Counted from the stretch's first letter, positions 15,511 to 26,746 are shown. The stretch is 56,058 nucleotides of DNA from Arenicellales bacterium (GCA_964194565.1 CAXMMZ010000099.1:1-56058); one strand, 5' to 3'. Translations and numbers: made by a program. Notes: generated from the sequence alone by a model not told the origin.

Positions 15511-16893
15511 TCAAATACGCGCGAGTTCGCTTAAACAGTCGTCAAACACCTCACAATAAAAATCGATGTCGCCAGTCGTCGTCGCAAATCCAACACTCGG
15601 GCTGGCACTGTAGATGGCCTCCCAGACGCCGCGGTTCGCGAGATACAGCCGCATTAGCTGCCGCAGCGGCAGGTTTTCGCTACGTTGCATCTGCTGGGTA
15701 TTGGACGGCAGATCGGGAGTGAAAAAGTAGCCGGAACGGCAATAGAAGTGGACCGCGCTCCAGGAAAATTTGTGGGTCTCGATAGTCTTCTGAATCCCAT
15801 TGGCGAGCCGGCCACCGACGTCGTTGGCGCGTTGGTGTGCCTCTTTTGTCATGACGCGTTCCAAAGTGCAACGCGCCGTGGCCATCGATAGAGCATTACC
15901 AAACAGCGTGCCGCCGGTCGCCACCACGGCAGCCGTCGCAAAAATCGGCTGGTCGGTATCGGTTTGCGGCGCGAGAATCGCCGCCACGTCCTCCGTCATA
16001 CCGTAGGCGCCGAGTGCAACGCCGCCGCCGATCGCTTTACACAGTGTAATGATGTCGGGCTCAAGACTCCATTCACTGGACAACCCGCCGAACGCGCAGA
16101 TATTGGTATGGGCTTCGTCAATGATCAACAGGGCACCGTGGTTGCGAGTGAGCTCGCGGAGTGCGGTATGAAAGTGGGGCTCCGGTTGAATGATTCCAAC
16201 ATTGGTCAGTGCCGGTTCGGTGATGACACACGCAACGTCGTGATTTTTCAAGGCGCGTTCAACCGCATCAAGGTCGTTGAACTGCACGATGTGGGCGTGC
16301 CTTTTGACGTGTGCCGAAAGCCCCGCGCCTTCGAGGATTCGTTCGCCGCTGTGTTCGGCGACTAACGTGTCGTCGATCATGCCGTGATATTTGCCCGCGA
16401 ACATTAAGATGTCGCGGCGGCCGGTTATGGTGCGGGCAATACGAATCGCCTCGGTGTTGGCGCTCGATCCGGCCAATGTAAATTGCCACTTTGGCAATCC
16501 GAACCGTGAGCAGAGCTGTTCGGCAACTGCGATGGAATCTTCATTGGGCAACAAGAATTGACTGCCGCGCGCCATTTGCTTGCTGGCCGCGGCCGTCAGC
16601 TGCGGCTCGGCGTAGCCAAACGGCATACTGATGTCCGCAAGATTCATATCCAGATAGCGATGGCGATCGACATCGACGAAATAGGCGCCGTCTCCGTAGT
16701 CGATGAACAAAGGCGGATGGTCGTAGAGTTGAACCATCCATGCCATCGGCACGCCATTCGGCATGTGCTGCTGGGCTTGCCGCCACAATTCCATCGAGCG
16801 CGGTCGAGCCGCGACAAAATGATCAAGTTCGCGCGTGCGCAGCTTTTCGATTTGTAAATCGGCTACCGGCATTAGCGGCAACTCCCTCATCAA
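15511..16893 (-). CDS. Class III (PLP-dependent) aminotransferase, glutamate-1-semialdehyde aminomutase-like
   Basis: LIIDEAHT, the CKAIGGG lysine motif, and the length are typical of the HemL/class III family. Confidence 0.85.
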   Translation of the reverse strand: MMRELPLMPVADLQIEKLRTRELDHFVAARPRSMELWRQAQQHMPNGVPMAWMVQLYDHPPLFIDYGDGAYFVDVDRHRYLDMNLADISMPFGYAEPQLTAAASKQMARGSQFLLPNEDSIAVAEQLCSRFGLPKWQFTLAGSSANTEAIRIARTITGRRDILMFAGKYHGMIDDTLVAEHSGERILEGAGLSAHVKRHAHIVQFNDLDAVERALKNHDVACVITEPALTNVGIIQPEPHFHTALRELTRNHGALLIIDEAHTNICAFGGLSSEWSLEPDIITLCKAIGGGVALGAYGMTEDVAAILAPQTDTDQPIFATAAVVATGGTLFGNALSMATARCTLERVMTKEAHQRANDVGGRLANGIQKTIETHKFSWSAVHFYCRSGYFFTPDLPSNTQQMQRSENLPLRQLMRLYLANRGVWEAIYSASPSVGFATTTGDIDFYCEVFDDCLSELARI

Positions 16894-16981
16894 TTGTTTT
16901 TGACGGCCAACGATCGATCATGTGGCGGTTGGTGGGTCAGCTTGAGCGTCGGGCTCAAGGCCGCATCTCCGCCTCGATTCC

Positions 16982-17608
16982 CTACTCGGGCAGTTTTACG
17001 CCAATCCAATATGTAGTGTCTGCTTCGATATGGCTGCCGTCGTTTGTGGCGATCGTCCGAAATCCCGGAAAGCTCTGCACCAGCTCGCCGGGTTGTAGCA
17101 AATATCGGGCGTTAAATCCCGGATGTTCGCGTTCTCGATTGGTGTTAAACGTTTTGTAGAACAGCAACCCGTCGGGCACCAGTGCTCGCACTAAACGCGC
17201 GAACAGATCACGATTCAAATATCGAATCACGACGATGACACTAAACCACGCATCCGGCAGTGGGTACTGGTCAAGGTCCGCGACGATAGCCGATAACCGT
17301 AGGCCGCCCTGTTGCGCCGTCCGGCTTCCGATTCGCAAGCCCTCGATACTGATGTCGACGGCATAAGCGTCGAAGCCAAGGCTCGCAAGAAACAACGCGT
17401 TATCAGCGGTACCCGCAGCGACATCCAGTGCGCGCCCTCGGCCATCTAGTAGTGCACGGTGCTCGCTAAGCAACGCGTCCGGACGAAAAGCGGTACCGGA
17501 TTGCCGTTCACGATAGCGCTGGTCCCAGCGTACGCGATCGGCACGCACGATGTCGTTACACGATGCCGTAAAACGGTTCGACATCGACCAGCGCGCCCGC
17601 CGAGACAT
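16982..17608 (-). CDS. Class I SAM-dependent methyltransferase (TehB-like)
   Basis: Motif I LDVAAGTADNALFLASLGFDAYAVD. The 5' end overlaps the 3' end of moeA. The start could instead be the ATG at 17584. Confidence 0.8.
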   Translation of the reverse strand: MSRRARWSMSNRFTASCNDIVRADRVRWDQRYRERQSGTAFRPDALLSEHRALLDGRGRALDVAAGTADNALFLASLGFDAYAVDISIEGLRIGSRTAQQGGLRLSAIVADLDQYPLPDAWFSVIVVIRYLNRDLFARLVRALVPDGLLFYKTFNTNREREHPGFNARYLLQPGELVQSFPGFRTIATNDGSHIEADTTYWIGVKLPE

Positions 17609-18824
17609 TGCCTGATTCCAGCGGTAGGACTATAAAACAGTTCGCCTGGCTCATCGAATTCAAAATGCCCGAGTCTTGCTTGCCCGTGCTCTGTACCCTC
17701 AAACCCTGGTCCGGGTTAGTGGTTAGGTAGCCGCGTTGAAACTCGAGGCGCCCGGGCCGTTTTTGCAACGCCGTTTGCAGGCGTGCCTTGATGCGCACCG
17801 GTTGTACGTCGTGCTCGCCCATCAGTCGCCGCAACGCGGGCATGACAAACTGGTAAAAAGTGACCATAACCGATACCGGATTGCCCGGTAATCCAAAAAA
17901 CAACGCATCGCCGACGCGGCCGAACGCGAGCGGTCGCCCCGGTTTAATTGCGACCTTCCAGAAATTTACTGACCCCAGTTTGCGAAGGGTGTCGGTAACG
18001 TAGTCGGCATCGCCGACCGAGGCGCCACCCGTCGTGATGATCGCATCGGCCATTGCGGCGGCGCTGCTAAACGCGTCACCGGTCGCGTCGGGTTCGTCCC
18101 GCACGACCCCCATATCGATCAGGTCGACACCGAGCCGTGTAAGCATGCCGTGCAACGTATATCGGTTGCTGTCATAGATCTGTCCGGGCTGCAGCGATTC
18201 ACCGATCGATCGCAACTCGTCTCCGGTGGAGAAAAAAGCCACGCGCGGTTTCCGCACCACCGTCACCTCGCCCATACCGAGTGACGCCAACAATCCTAAT
18301 TCCGTTGGGCTCAGCCGCTTACCGGCCGGCACGACAGTCGCACCCTCGGCAATATCCTCGCCCGCCGCGCGAACGAACTGGCCCGCACGGTGCCCCGTCG
18401 CGAACGTCACGGTACCACCGCCGGCTTCGCAGTCCTCTTGCATAATGACCGTATCGGCGCCATCCGGCAGTATCGCACCGGTCATAATACGGGCGCATTG
18501 ATCGGTTTGTACGCGTGCTTGCAGCGGCCGCCCGGCCCACGCGGTACCGATCAGGCGCAAGGTTTTATTGCCACGATGCGGCAGGTCGGCAGCGCGCACG
18601 GCGTAACCATCCATTGCCGAATTGCTGTGCGCGGGTACGGCCGCAGGGCTAGTGGTGGGACTGGCGGTGACGCGCCACAATGCGCCCCGCAAAGGCACCT
18701 GTTCGATGCCCGTTAACATCGGCACCGATTCTCGAATGCGACTGAGTGCCTGGTCGACCGTTAAGGAATCCGGATCGAAGTCGTCCATGCAACTCGCGAC
18801 ACGGGTTGAATCCAGGTTATTCAT
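17556..18824 (-). CDS. moeA: Molybdopterin molybdenumtransferase MoeA
   Basis: [28 protein letters not shown] and LPGNPVS motifs. Start set at the ATG at 18824, which overlaps the moaC stop. Confidence 0.9.
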   Translation of the reverse strand: MNNLDSTRVASCMDDFDPDSLTVDQALSRIRESVPMLTGIEQVPLRGALWRVTASPTTSPAAVPAHSNSAMDGYAVRAADLPHRGNKTLRLIGTAWAGRPLQARVQTDQCARIMTGAILPDGADTVIMQEDCEAGGGTVTFATGHRAGQFVRAAGEDIAEGATVVPAGKRLSPTELGLLASLGMGEVTVVRKPRVAFFSTGDELRSIGESLQPGQIYDSNRYTLHGMLTRLGVDLIDMGVVRDEPDATGDAFSSAAAMADAIITTGGASVGDADYVTDTLRKLGSVNFWKVAIKPGRPLAFGRVGDALFFGLPGNPVSVMVTFYQFVMPALRRLMGEHDVQPVRIKARLQTALQKRPGRLEFQRGYLTTNPDQGLRVQSTGKQDSGILNSMSQANCFIVLPLESGNVSAGALVDVEPFYGIV

Positions 18825-19296
18825 CGTGTTGCCACTGGCCCGACTTTCCTCCGGACTTTTCCAGTAGCCGTACATTGTCGATTGTCATTCCCCGGTCGAT
18901 GGACTTGCACATGTCGTAGATCGTTAGCAACGCGACTTGTACCGCGGTCAGCGCTTCCATTTCGACGCCAGTGCGGCCGTGGGATTCGACGGTCGCCGTA
19001 CAGCGGACTTGAGGCGCGGATTCCACGGTGGCCAATTCGACGTTTACATGGGTCAGGCTTAGTGGATGGCACAGCGGTATGAGATCTGCCGTACGCTTCG
19101 TCGCCATTATTCCGGCTAAGCGCGCTACGCCGAGCACGTCACCCTTCGTGGCCGTGCCCTCCAGAATTGTCCGTAGTGTGTCGGCACGCATCGTAATAAC
19201 GCCTTGGGCAACGGCTCTCCGAGCGCTCTCAGATTTCCGGCCGACGTCGACCATATAGGCGTCACCGGCGGTATTAAAATGGGTCAACTTAGTCAT
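18817..19296 (-). CDS. moaC: Cyclic pyranopterin monophosphate synthase MoaC
   Basis: MTKLTHFN...MVDV..K...LIPLCHPL...[10 protein letters not shown] motifs. Start at the ATG at 19296. Confidence 0.9.
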   Translation of the reverse strand: MTKLTHFNTAGDAYMVDVGRKSESARRAVAQGVITMRADTLRTILEGTATKGDVLGVARLAGIMATKRTADLIPLCHPLSLTHVNVELATVESAPQVRCTATVESHGRTGVEMEALTAVQVALLTIYDMCKSIDRGMTIDNVRLLEKSGGKSGQWQHDE

Positions 19297-19506
19297 CGCG
19301 TATCGATTTGATTTTAGGTTTCCAGGACGTATGCGGATCGAGTACGCTACCTGCAAGAGGCGCGTCGCGCAAGCACCCGTTACGGTGCTAGGCGTCGCCG
19401 AGTGTTACCGGTAATGTCCGACTCATATATGTTAACGGGCCGACCGTCCGAGCGATATCGGACTCACGTTCGTTGAATAACTCTAAATCGACCTGATTGT
19501 GCCGAG

Positions 19507-20676
19507 ATGCCAGAACAGTCTATCGTTTTTTATATCTTTGTAATATTCACCGGCGCCGCCGTGCTGGCGACACTCGCACTGTACGCTCGGCAGGCATTGC
19601 CGGTTGCTTATATTGTGCTGGGTGGGTTGTTGGGCCCGTGGGGATTTGCGTTGGTCGATGATGCGGCGTTGATCGAGGATATCGCGCACGTCGGAATCAT
19701 CTTTCTATTGTTTCTCCTTGGCCTCGACCTGTATCCGCAAAAACTCATTCAGCTACTGCGCCAGACCACGATCGTGACAGTGGCGAGTGCCGTTGTGTTC
19801 GCTGCGCTCGGGTACTCAGTGGCGATGGCGTTTGGGCTTGGCACGGCGGAGAGCGTCGTAATCGGCGTCGCGACGATGTTTTCCAGTACCATTATCGGCA
19901 TAAAACTGTTGCCGACCACCATCCTGCACCACCGCCACACCGGCGAAGTCGTGATCAGTGTGTTGTTATTACAGGACGTCGTCGCGATCGTCATATTACT
20001 GGTGTTGCACGGCATTGGGCGTGGCACCGCGACGGTAGGCGATGTGGTTATGTTGTTGGCAGCATTGCCGGCCATGGTGTTATTGGGAATCGGCATCGAA
20101 CGATATGTTTTGTTCCCATTGTTTCGGCGTTTTGATCGTATCCAAGAGTATGTATTTCTGCTGACTGTGGGGTGGTGCCTGGGAATGGCACAGATCGCAC
20201 AATGGATCGGCCTGTCCTATGAAATAGGTGCATTTATCGCCGGTGTTGCAGTAGCAGCTAATCCAATTGCTCGGCATATCGCAGACAGTCTAAAACCACT
20301 GCGGGATTTTTTTCTCGTTATGTTTTTCTTTGCACTGGGCGCCGGGTTCGATATGAATGTAGCGCAAAGCATATGGCTGCCGGCCACCACCTTGGCACTG
20401 CTCGTGTTGCTGGTGAAACCCGTCGTGTTTCGCTTGCTATTGGTGACGGTGGCCGAGACGAAAAAACTCGCATGGGAAATCGGAGTTCGCCTCGGGCAGT
20501 TGAGCGAGTTTTCCCTGTTGATCAGTTTTCTCGCGTTGGAATCCGGGTTGGTGACGGCGCAGGCTGCTTATTGTGTGCAATTGGCGACAATCCTAACGCT
20601 AATCGGGTCGTCGTACTTAATCGTGTTGCGCTACCCGACGCCGGTCGCCGTGTCTGACCGGTTGCGCCGTGATTAG
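19507..20676 (+). CDS. Cation:proton antiporter (CPA2/Kef-type membrane domain, no RCK domain)
   Basis: About 12 TM segments with GIIFLLFLLGLDL and GAFIAGV motifs. Confidence 0.85.
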   Translation: MPEQSIVFYIFVIFTGAAVLATLALYARQALPVAYIVLGGLLGPWGFALVDDAALIEDIAHVGIIFLLFLLGLDLYPQKLIQLLRQTTIVTVASAVVFAALGYSVAMAFGLGTAESVVIGVATMFSSTIIGIKLLPTTILHHRHTGEVVISVLLLQDVVAIVILLVLHGIGRGTATVGDVVMLLAALPAMVLLGIGIERYVLFPLFRRFDRIQEYVFLLTVGWCLGMAQIAQWIGLSYEIGAFIAGVAVAANPIARHIADSLKPLRDFFLVMFFFALGAGFDMNVAQSIWLPATTLALLVLLVKPVVFRLLLVTVAETKKLAWEIGVRLGQLSEFSLLISFLALESGLVTAQAAYCVQLATILTLIGSSYLIVLRYPTPVAVSDRLRRD

Positions 20677-20753
20677 TACTTGACCAAGGTGATATTAATG
20701 CTTGCAGCGAGTCGAGTACTACCCCGGACAAGCAATGGAGGGTAACGTCGCCC

Positions 20754-20954
20754 CTAGCCCGGATAATTCATGAAGGGTTCGGACTTCAGGGGAAATCGAG
20801 CTAAGGAGTCGTGCCGAATACGACGTCCGATTTTTCCTGAATCCGAACAGGACAAACTGTGCGGCGGCGCCGTATCCTAAAAAACGGCGTACCCATTTCA
20901 AATATTGAGCAGGTTTCTGGTACATGGTCCGCCTTGATGAAATATCCGGGCTAG
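20754..20954. mobile_element. Copy (201 bp) of the MITE-like family between convergent genes
   Basis: cTAGCCCGGATAATTCATGAAGG ... CCGCCTTGATGAAATATCCGGGCTAg. Reverse orientation relative to 15199, with an internal deletion of about 45 bp. Confidence 0.8.
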
Positions 20955-20968
20955 GCCGTGTATAGATT

Positions 20969-21715
20969 CTAGGCCGGCCCGCTGGTCTGTATACGAACCT
21001 CATCAACGGCGTTGGCGATGGCCTGGGCGTCACCCAAATAGCGGTGTCCGGTCGCATTTAGCTCGTCGTCGAAATCGTACACCAGCGGAATACCTGTCGG
21101 AATGTTGAGTTCGACGATGGATTCCTCAGAAATACCGTCTAGGTGTTTCACCAGCGCGCGCAGGCTGTTGCCATGCGCGACCACCAGTACGTGTTTCCCG
21201 GCTGCGACCTCGGCGGCGATCGTTGATTGCCAATAGGGCACTACCCGGGCCAAGGTGTCCGCTAAAGATTCCGCCGCCGGTACCGCGTCAATCCCAGCAT
21301 AGCGCGGGTCATGCTGTGGGTGGCTCGGATCGTCAGCGTCGAGCGCAGGCGGCCGCACCGCGTACCCGCGCCGCCAACGTTGCACCTGTTCCGGGCCGTG
21401 ACGTTCGGCGGTCTCGTGTTTATCCAACCCTTGCAGAGCGCCGTAGTGACGTTCGTTCAATCGCCAATCGTTGTGGATCGGTATCCACATCTGATTGAGT
21501 TCATCAAGAATCAACCACAGGGTTCGAATCGATCGCTTCAGGTACGAAGTGAACGCAACGTCGAATTCAAAGCCGGCGTCGCGCAGGGTCCTACCGGCAC
21601 GCTGGGCTTCGCTGTTGCCGCGCTCCGACAAATCCACATCGATCCAACCGGTAAATCGATTTTCCAGGTTCCAAGTGCTCTGGCCGTGGCGAACCAATAC
21701 TACCGACTTGGTCAT
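20969..21715 (-). CDS. gpmA: 2,3-bisphosphoglycerate-dependent phosphoglycerate mutase
   Basis: [14 protein letters not shown] and AHGNSLRAL motifs. Confidence 0.95.
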   Translation of the reverse strand: MTKSVVLVRHGQSTWNLENRFTGWIDVDLSERGNSEAQRAGRTLRDAGFEFDVAFTSYLKRSIRTLWLILDELNQMWIPIHNDWRLNERHYGALQGLDKHETAERHGPEQVQRWRRGYAVRPPALDADDPSHPQHDPRYAGIDAVPAAESLADTLARVVPYWQSTIAAEVAAGKHVLVVAHGNSLRALVKHLDGISEESIVELNIPTGIPLVYDFDDELNATGHRYLGDAQAIANAVDEVRIQTSGPA

Positions 21716-21754
21716 ATCAAAAGATCTCCCCGTGAATTGGGTGTAATGTAGAAC

Positions 21755-22366
21755 TCAGACAGCCCACTCGGCCTTGAGTTTTTCCACTAAGTTACGTAAT
21801 GCTTGGCCGCGGTGGCTTAGTCGGTTTTTCGTGTGTATATCGAGTTCCGCGACCGAACACCGGTGTGAGGGCACAAAAAATATGGGATCGTAGCCGAAGC
21901 CGTCTTCGCCGCGCGGCTTCGACAGAATCCGTCCGTGCCAGGTGCCTTGGGCTATAATGGGCGCAGGGTCGGTGGCATGGCGCAGATACACCATCACGCA
22001 TTGGAACCGTGCCGAGCGGTGTTCCGAGGGAGCGTCGCCAAGTTCGGCCAGCAGTTTGCCGGTATTGTCCGCGTCGGTCGCATTCGGGCCGTCAAATCGA
22101 GCCGAACAAATGCCTGGCGCACCGTGAATAAAATCCACTTCTAACCCGGAATCGTCGGCGATCGATGCCAAGCCAGTCTGCTGGGTCGCGCGGCGCGCTT
22201 TTGCCAACGCGTTTTCGACGAATGTCATTCCGGTTTCTTCGGTCTGGATCACGCCAAGTTCCTGCTGCGATACGAATTCGATGTCCGTATCGTCCAGCAA
22301 CTCGATAATTTCATTGAGTTTTCCGGGGTTCCCGGTGGCTACCACAACGCGGCTGTCGGCGCTCAT
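21755..22366 (-). CDS. rdgB: dITP/XTP pyrophosphatase
   Basis: [24 protein letters not shown] and SHRG motifs. Confidence 0.9.
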   Translation of the reverse strand: MSADSRVVVATGNPGKLNEIIELLDDTDIEFVSQQELGVIQTEETGMTFVENALAKARRATQQTGLASIADDSGLEVDFIHGAPGICSARFDGPNATDADNTGKLLAELGDAPSEHRSARFQCVMVYLRHATDPAPIIAQGTWHGRILSKPRGEDGFGYDPIFFVPSHRCSVAELDIHTKNRLSHRGQALRNLVEKLKAEWAV

Positions 22367-23091
22367 TGTGGCACTTCCGAACCCAGTGCCTGTTGTTGGC
22401 GGACAATTAGGGTACGGATTCCCCGTTTGGCGAAGCGCGTCATTTCCAGCATTTGTTCATCGTTAAACGATCCGCGTTCTGCGGTACCTTGAATTTCGAT
22501 GAAACCGAGGGCGTCATTCATAACTACGTTCATATCGGTTTCAGCCTGGCTGTCTTCGGCGTAATCGAGGTCTAGCACAACTTGGCCTTGGTAGATTCCC
22601 ACCGAAACCGAAGCAATATGATTCAAAATTGGATTTTTCTTAATAACCTGGCGATTCTGTAAATCATAAACAGCATCAGCGAGTGCTACAAATCCACCGG
22701 TGATCGCCGCGGTACGGGTTCCGCCGTCGGCTTGTAATACATCGCAGTCAATGGTGATGGTACGCTCACCGAGCGCATTCAAGTTGACTGCGGCGCGTAG
22801 CGAGCGACCGATTAAACGCTGAATCTCGAGCGAGCGCCCAGATTGCTTACCGCGCGCCGCTTCGCGTGGCGATCGCGATCCCGTGGCGCGCGGGAGCATA
22901 CCGTATTCTGCGGTAATCCAGCCTTGATTGGAGCCTTTAAGAAACCGCGGTAGTTGTTCTTCGACACTGGCCGTACACAACACCCGGGTATCGCCAAATT
23001 CGACCAATACCGCGCCTTCGGCATGCTTGGTGTAATGTCGGGTCAGGGACACGTGGCGAAGCTCGTCGGCCGCGCGGTGGCTGGGTCTCAT
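22363..23091 (-). CDS. rph: Ribonuclease PH
   Basis: [12 protein letters not shown]..., [15 protein letters not shown] and [13 protein letters not shown] motifs. Start at the ATG at 23091. Confidence 0.95.
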   Translation of the reverse strand: MRPSHRAADELRHVSLTRHYTKHAEGAVLVEFGDTRVLCTASVEEQLPRFLKGSNQGWITAEYGMLPRATGSRSPREAARGKQSGRSLEIQRLIGRSLRAAVNLNALGERTITIDCDVLQADGGTRTAAITGGFVALADAVYDLQNRQVIKKNPILNHIASVSVGIYQGQVVLDLDYAEDSQAETDMNVVMNDALGFIEIQGTAERGSFNDEQMLEMTRFAKRGIRTLIVRQQQALGSEVPQ

Positions 23092-23180
23092 AATTGATAG
23101 CTCCGGCTTGAGGACGTAATGATAGTGGCTACGCACCCGGAACGGGGGCAAAGTAGTGCTGCTGGTACGCCATGGATCGG

Positions 23181-24140
23181 TTATTTATTTCGATCGATGT
23201 TACCGATATAGGCTTCCAATTCCTCGATGACCAACTCGATCGTATCGCGGCGCACGTTGTCGCGCATTGGACTTTCGCGGCTCGGTTCAAGCGGCGGGCG
23301 TTGTATTTTTTGGCGATGCGCGTATTGAGCCTCGCGCCACAGTTGCTCTTGCTCTTTCTCGCCGAGCCCGTCCGGCGCCAGTGGCTTCCGGTCGGTGAGG
23401 TCCGATTCCCAGCGCAGTGCCACGCCGGTCATATTGTCACAGTCTTTGCGGATTTTGCGTTCGGCACGGCGTATCAAATCATCGAGTTCGTACTCCATCC
23501 GCACGGAATCGAGTCGTTGCGAGATATCGTCGATCGGAAACGCCCGCCATAAGCCGTCTGAACACATGAAAATAACATCGTCGCGTTGCAACGGGGTTTC
23601 CGGGCCCAATGTTACCACCGGACGTTTCGGACCGCCGACGCAGCGCAGCAAATGCCCCTGAAGTTCCGGAGCGCGCATGTCGTCCTCCGTTATCGCGCCC
23701 GCCACGCGCATTTGTTCGCTGGTGCTGTGGTCCTCGGTGCGGCTTAGCATGCGGCCGTCGCGGAAATGATATAGGCGGCTGTCGCCAACATGACCCCAGT
23801 ACGCGTAGCCGTCCTGAATGAGGCAGGTGACGGCCGTGGTGCGCGGGTCGGTGGATTTGAAATCGGCTTGTTTGGCGCGGCGATTGATCAAACTATGGCT
23901 GTGGGCGATCGTGAGCACGATAAACGCGATCGGGTCAGCAATGGTCGGGCTGTTAATTCGTTCGTAGGAATCGATGATATTGTCTACAAACGTTTCTGCG
24001 GCTAGTTCGCCGCCGGCGTAACCGCCGAGGCCGTCCGCCAACACCATCAATACGGAATTTTCCCGTTCGGCGAAACCGGCACGATCCTGGTTGGTTTTGC
24101 GCGTACCAAGCGCAGTCTGTTGCGCGATGGTGTACTTCAT
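23181..24140 (-). CDS. PP2C-family Ser/Thr protein phosphatase with a C-terminal extension of about 85 aa
   Basis: [30 protein letters not shown] and DNMTGVAL motifs. The C-terminal 85 aa is charged or coiled. Confidence 0.9.
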   Translation of the reverse strand: MKYTIAQQTALGTRKTNQDRAGFAERENSVLMVLADGLGGYAGGELAAETFVDNIIDSYERINSPTIADPIAFIVLTIAHSHSLINRRAKQADFKSTDPRTTAVTCLIQDGYAYWGHVGDSRLYHFRDGRMLSRTEDHSTSEQMRVAGAITEDDMRAPELQGHLLRCVGGPKRPVVTLGPETPLQRDDVIFMCSDGLWRAFPIDDISQRLDSVRMEYELDDLIRRAERKIRKDCDNMTGVALRWESDLTDRKPLAPDGLGEKEQEQLWREAQYAHRQKIQRPPLEPSRESPMRDNVRRDTIELVIEELEAYIGNIDRNK

Positions 24141-24158
24141 ACTTTGAGATTGCGGCCC

Positions 24159-25109
24159 CTAGAGGCTGCGCACTTGCTCCACAGTTAGGGTGCCTTTCAA
24201 GGCGCTGGCCGCGAGGTCCTTCGGAAAATCGGCGAGCGCATGCTCTAAAAACGCATTTACACTTTGTGGGCGCTCGCGATGATCGAGCTGGATGGTCCAT
24301 TCGATCGAACTCAATAATGATTTGGGATATTTTCGAGCGTGCGTTTTCGACACGGGTTTGAGGATGTCGTTTTTCTGTCTTTCCATTGCCGCCGGTGGCG
24401 GCCGCCGTGCGATGCAGCTGTACATCGTAGCGCCGAGTGCGTATAGGTCTGCCCACGGTCCCATCGGGCCTTGCTGGTATTGCTCCGGCGCGGCGAATCC
24501 ATGGGTCAGGGTCTGCACGCCGCTAAAGTTGGTGCCCGGCTCGGCGCGTTGCACCGCGCCAAAGTCGATGAGCAACGGGCGGCCCCTTGGACGCAGCAGA
24601 ATGTTCGCAGGCTTGATATCCAGATGCAAAAAACTATTGTCATGCAGTTCCCGCAGCCCCAGCGCGGTCTGCGAGAATACGATTAGCATGAATTGCTCGC
24701 CGATGCGGCTTTTGGGGTGTTTGATATACCAGCGTAGGTCTTGGCCCTGGGCGTAATCCATCACCATATATACCGTGTTGTTGGTACGGAATATATTGGA
24801 CACATTGACGATATTTGGGTGTTTGAGTTTGGCCAACGCACTGGCTTCACTGAAAAATCGTTTGATGCCTAGATGATAAGTGCCCATATCCCCTTCTGTA
24901 GTCGGGTCGAGTCGGCCGCCCGGCAGCCGCGCCACCAGCGCCTCGGGAAAGTATTCTTTGATTACGACTTTGATTCGGGTCGCGACGTGATAGGCCAAAT
25001 AGACCAAACTGAATCCGCCACCGCCAAGAGTGCGTTCGATGCGATAGCCGTTCAGTAGGTAGCCGCGGCTTAGTGGGCGCCGCGAGCCGTTGATAGTCGG
25101 TTCTGTCAT
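24159..25109 (-). CDS. Hanks-type Ser/Thr protein kinase (catalytic domain only)
   Basis: GGGGFS glycine loop, VVIKEY, HLDIKPANIL (non-RD), DFG and APE. Confidence 0.9.
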   Translation of the reverse strand: MTEPTINGSRRPLSRGYLLNGYRIERTLGGGGFSLVYLAYHVATRIKVVIKEYFPEALVARLPGGRLDPTTEGDMGTYHLGIKRFFSEASALAKLKHPNIVNVSNIFRTNNTVYMVMDYAQGQDLRWYIKHPKSRIGEQFMLIVFSQTALGLRELHDNSFLHLDIKPANILLRPRGRPLLIDFGAVQRAEPGTNFSGVQTLTHGFAAPEQYQQGPMGPWADLYALGATMYSCIARRPPPAAMERQKNDILKPVSKTHARKYPKSLLSSIEWTIQLDHRERPQSVNAFLEHALADFPKDLAASALKGTLTVEQVRSL

Positions 25110-25248
25110 TACTCGTGCAGCAACGTATCAATGTGGCGGCCGGATCGGCCGCCTGATAGGAAATATAGACGAATCTTTCCGCAAGTTCTCACCCCGGCGC
25201 CAAATGGTTTAGTATCTCTGGCTTCGCCTCTTTCCTGGATACCAGATT

Positions 25249-26115
25249 GTGACACAGAGTATGACCGCATTCGCTCGAGGTCAATCCGAGAGCAAATGGG
25301 GCGGTTTGACGTGGGAGCTGCGCTCCGTCAACCACCGATTTCTCGAAATCAGTATGCGCTTGCCGGATGAGCAGCGTGCTTTCGAGCCCAAATTTCGCGA
25401 GACCATCAATGCCCGGCTCAAGCGTGGCCGCATCGATGCGGTGCTGCGATTTCGTGGCACAGAGCGCGTGGACGATTCACTACAGCTCGACGAGGCCGCC
25501 GTGGCGCGCCTGGTCGACATCGCGGGGCGAGTGCAGGGAGCGTTTGGCGATTTGGCCGGATTGCGTACGATCGACGTTTTGCGCTGGCCGGGTGTATTGA
25601 TCACCGAGGATGTCGATACTGATGGTCTCGCGGCCGATGCTTTGGCACTGTTAAACACGACGCTCGATGAATTATGTGCGTCCCGCGGCCGCGAAGGCGG
25701 GCAGCTTAAGCAAACCATCCTGCAGCGGCTCGATAGCATCGATGAAATCGTCACACGGGTACGCCAATGTTTGCCGGATGCCACGGACGCATTTCGAAAA
25801 CGCCTCGATGAACGCTTACTGGAGATCCGCGATAAGGTTGACCCGACTCGAGTTGAGCAGGAGGTCGTGTTGTTTATGCAGCGCACGGACGTTGATGAAG
25901 AACTCGACCGCTTGGTTGTGCACGTCGAGGAAGTACGACGAGTCGTCGACGAGTCGCATCCGGTCGGCCGACGGCTTGATTTTATGATGCAGGAGCTAAA
26001 TCGCGAAGCCAATACCTTGGGCTCGAAAGCGGTTGATACCCGTGTAACGGCGGCGTCTGTAGACCTTAAGGTATTGGTGGAACAGATTCGCGAACAAGTA
26101 CAAAACATCGAGTAG
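25249..26115 (+). CDS. yicC: YicC-family stress-induced protein
   Basis: (V)TQSMTAFARG N-terminus matches E. coli MIRSMTAYAR. C-terminal REANT..SK and REQVQNIE. Confidence 0.9.
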   Translation: MTQSMTAFARGQSESKWGGLTWELRSVNHRFLEISMRLPDEQRAFEPKFRETINARLKRGRIDAVLRFRGTERVDDSLQLDEAAVARLVDIAGRVQGAFGDLAGLRTIDVLRWPGVLITEDVDTDGLAADALALLNTTLDELCASRGREGGQLKQTILQRLDSIDEIVTRVRQCLPDATDAFRKRLDERLLEIRDKVDPTRVEQEVVLFMQRTDVDEELDRLVVHVEEVRRVVDESHPVGRRLDFMMQELNREANTLGSKAVDTRVTAASVDLKVLVEQIREQVQNIE

Positions 26116-26128
26116 GATCGCAGGAGTT

Positions 26129-26746
26129 TTGAGCAAGCCGCAGGTTTTTATCCTTTCGGCCCCGTCCGGTGCCGGCAAGACCAGTTTGGCGAAGGCCCTG
26201 GTGGATGCGCTTCCGAATACTGTTATGTCGATATCACATACTACCCGCGACCGGCGACCGGGTGAGGTGCACGGCGGGGATTATTATTTTGTTGGTCGCG
26301 AGGAGTTCGAAAACCTCATTAGCGGGGGATCGTTTCTTGAGTACGCGGAAGTGTTTGACAACTTTTATGGGACCCTGCGCAGCACGGTCGATGAATTGCT
26401 CGAGGCTGGCAATAACGTTATTTTGGATATTGATTGGCAAGGTGCACGCGAGGTGCGTCGCCAGTTACCGGGCGTCGTGAGTATATTTGTTGTGCCTCCG
26501 TCATTGGTTGAGCTGGAGCGGCGACTTCGTGATCGTGGCCAGGACTCCGACCAAGTGATCGCGCGACGAATGCGCCAGGCGATCGACGAATTGCGGCACC
26601 ACGATGAATACGACTATCTGATTCGTAACGATCATTTCCAGGCCGCGTTTGAGGATTTGGTGCATATCGTAAGCGATCGCCCCGAGCACATTCGCCCCAC
26701 CGGGCCCGATATGGAGCTATTATTGGGTGATACGAATTCTGGATAA
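26129..26746 (+). CDS. gmk: Guanylate kinase
   Basis: SAPSGAGKTSL P-loop, TTR..R.GE..G..Y.F. TTG start after AGGAG. Confidence 0.95.
   Translation: MSKPQVFILSAPSGAGKTSLAKALVDALPNTVMSISHTTRDRRPGEVHGGDYYFVGREEFENLISGGSFLEYAEVFDNFYGTLRSTVDELLEAGNNVILDIDWQGAREVRRQLPGVVSIFVVPPSLVELERRLRDRGQDSDQVIARRMRQAIDELRHHDEYDYLIRNDHFQAAFEDLVHIVSDRPEHIRPTGPDMELLLGDTNSG

Noticed and set aside
19297-19506. Possible riboswitch or leader upstream of moaC (the divergent moaC/antiporter intergenic region)
   Set aside because: Only a short hairpin (GTCCGA...TCGGAC) was seen, with no recognisable conserved motif or terminator. The evidence is insufficient.
25281-26108. 275-aa ORF antisense to yicC
   Set aside because: It is a Ser/Arg/Thr-rich low-complexity translation, typical of an antisense frame of a GC-rich gene. 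yicC itself is well supported.
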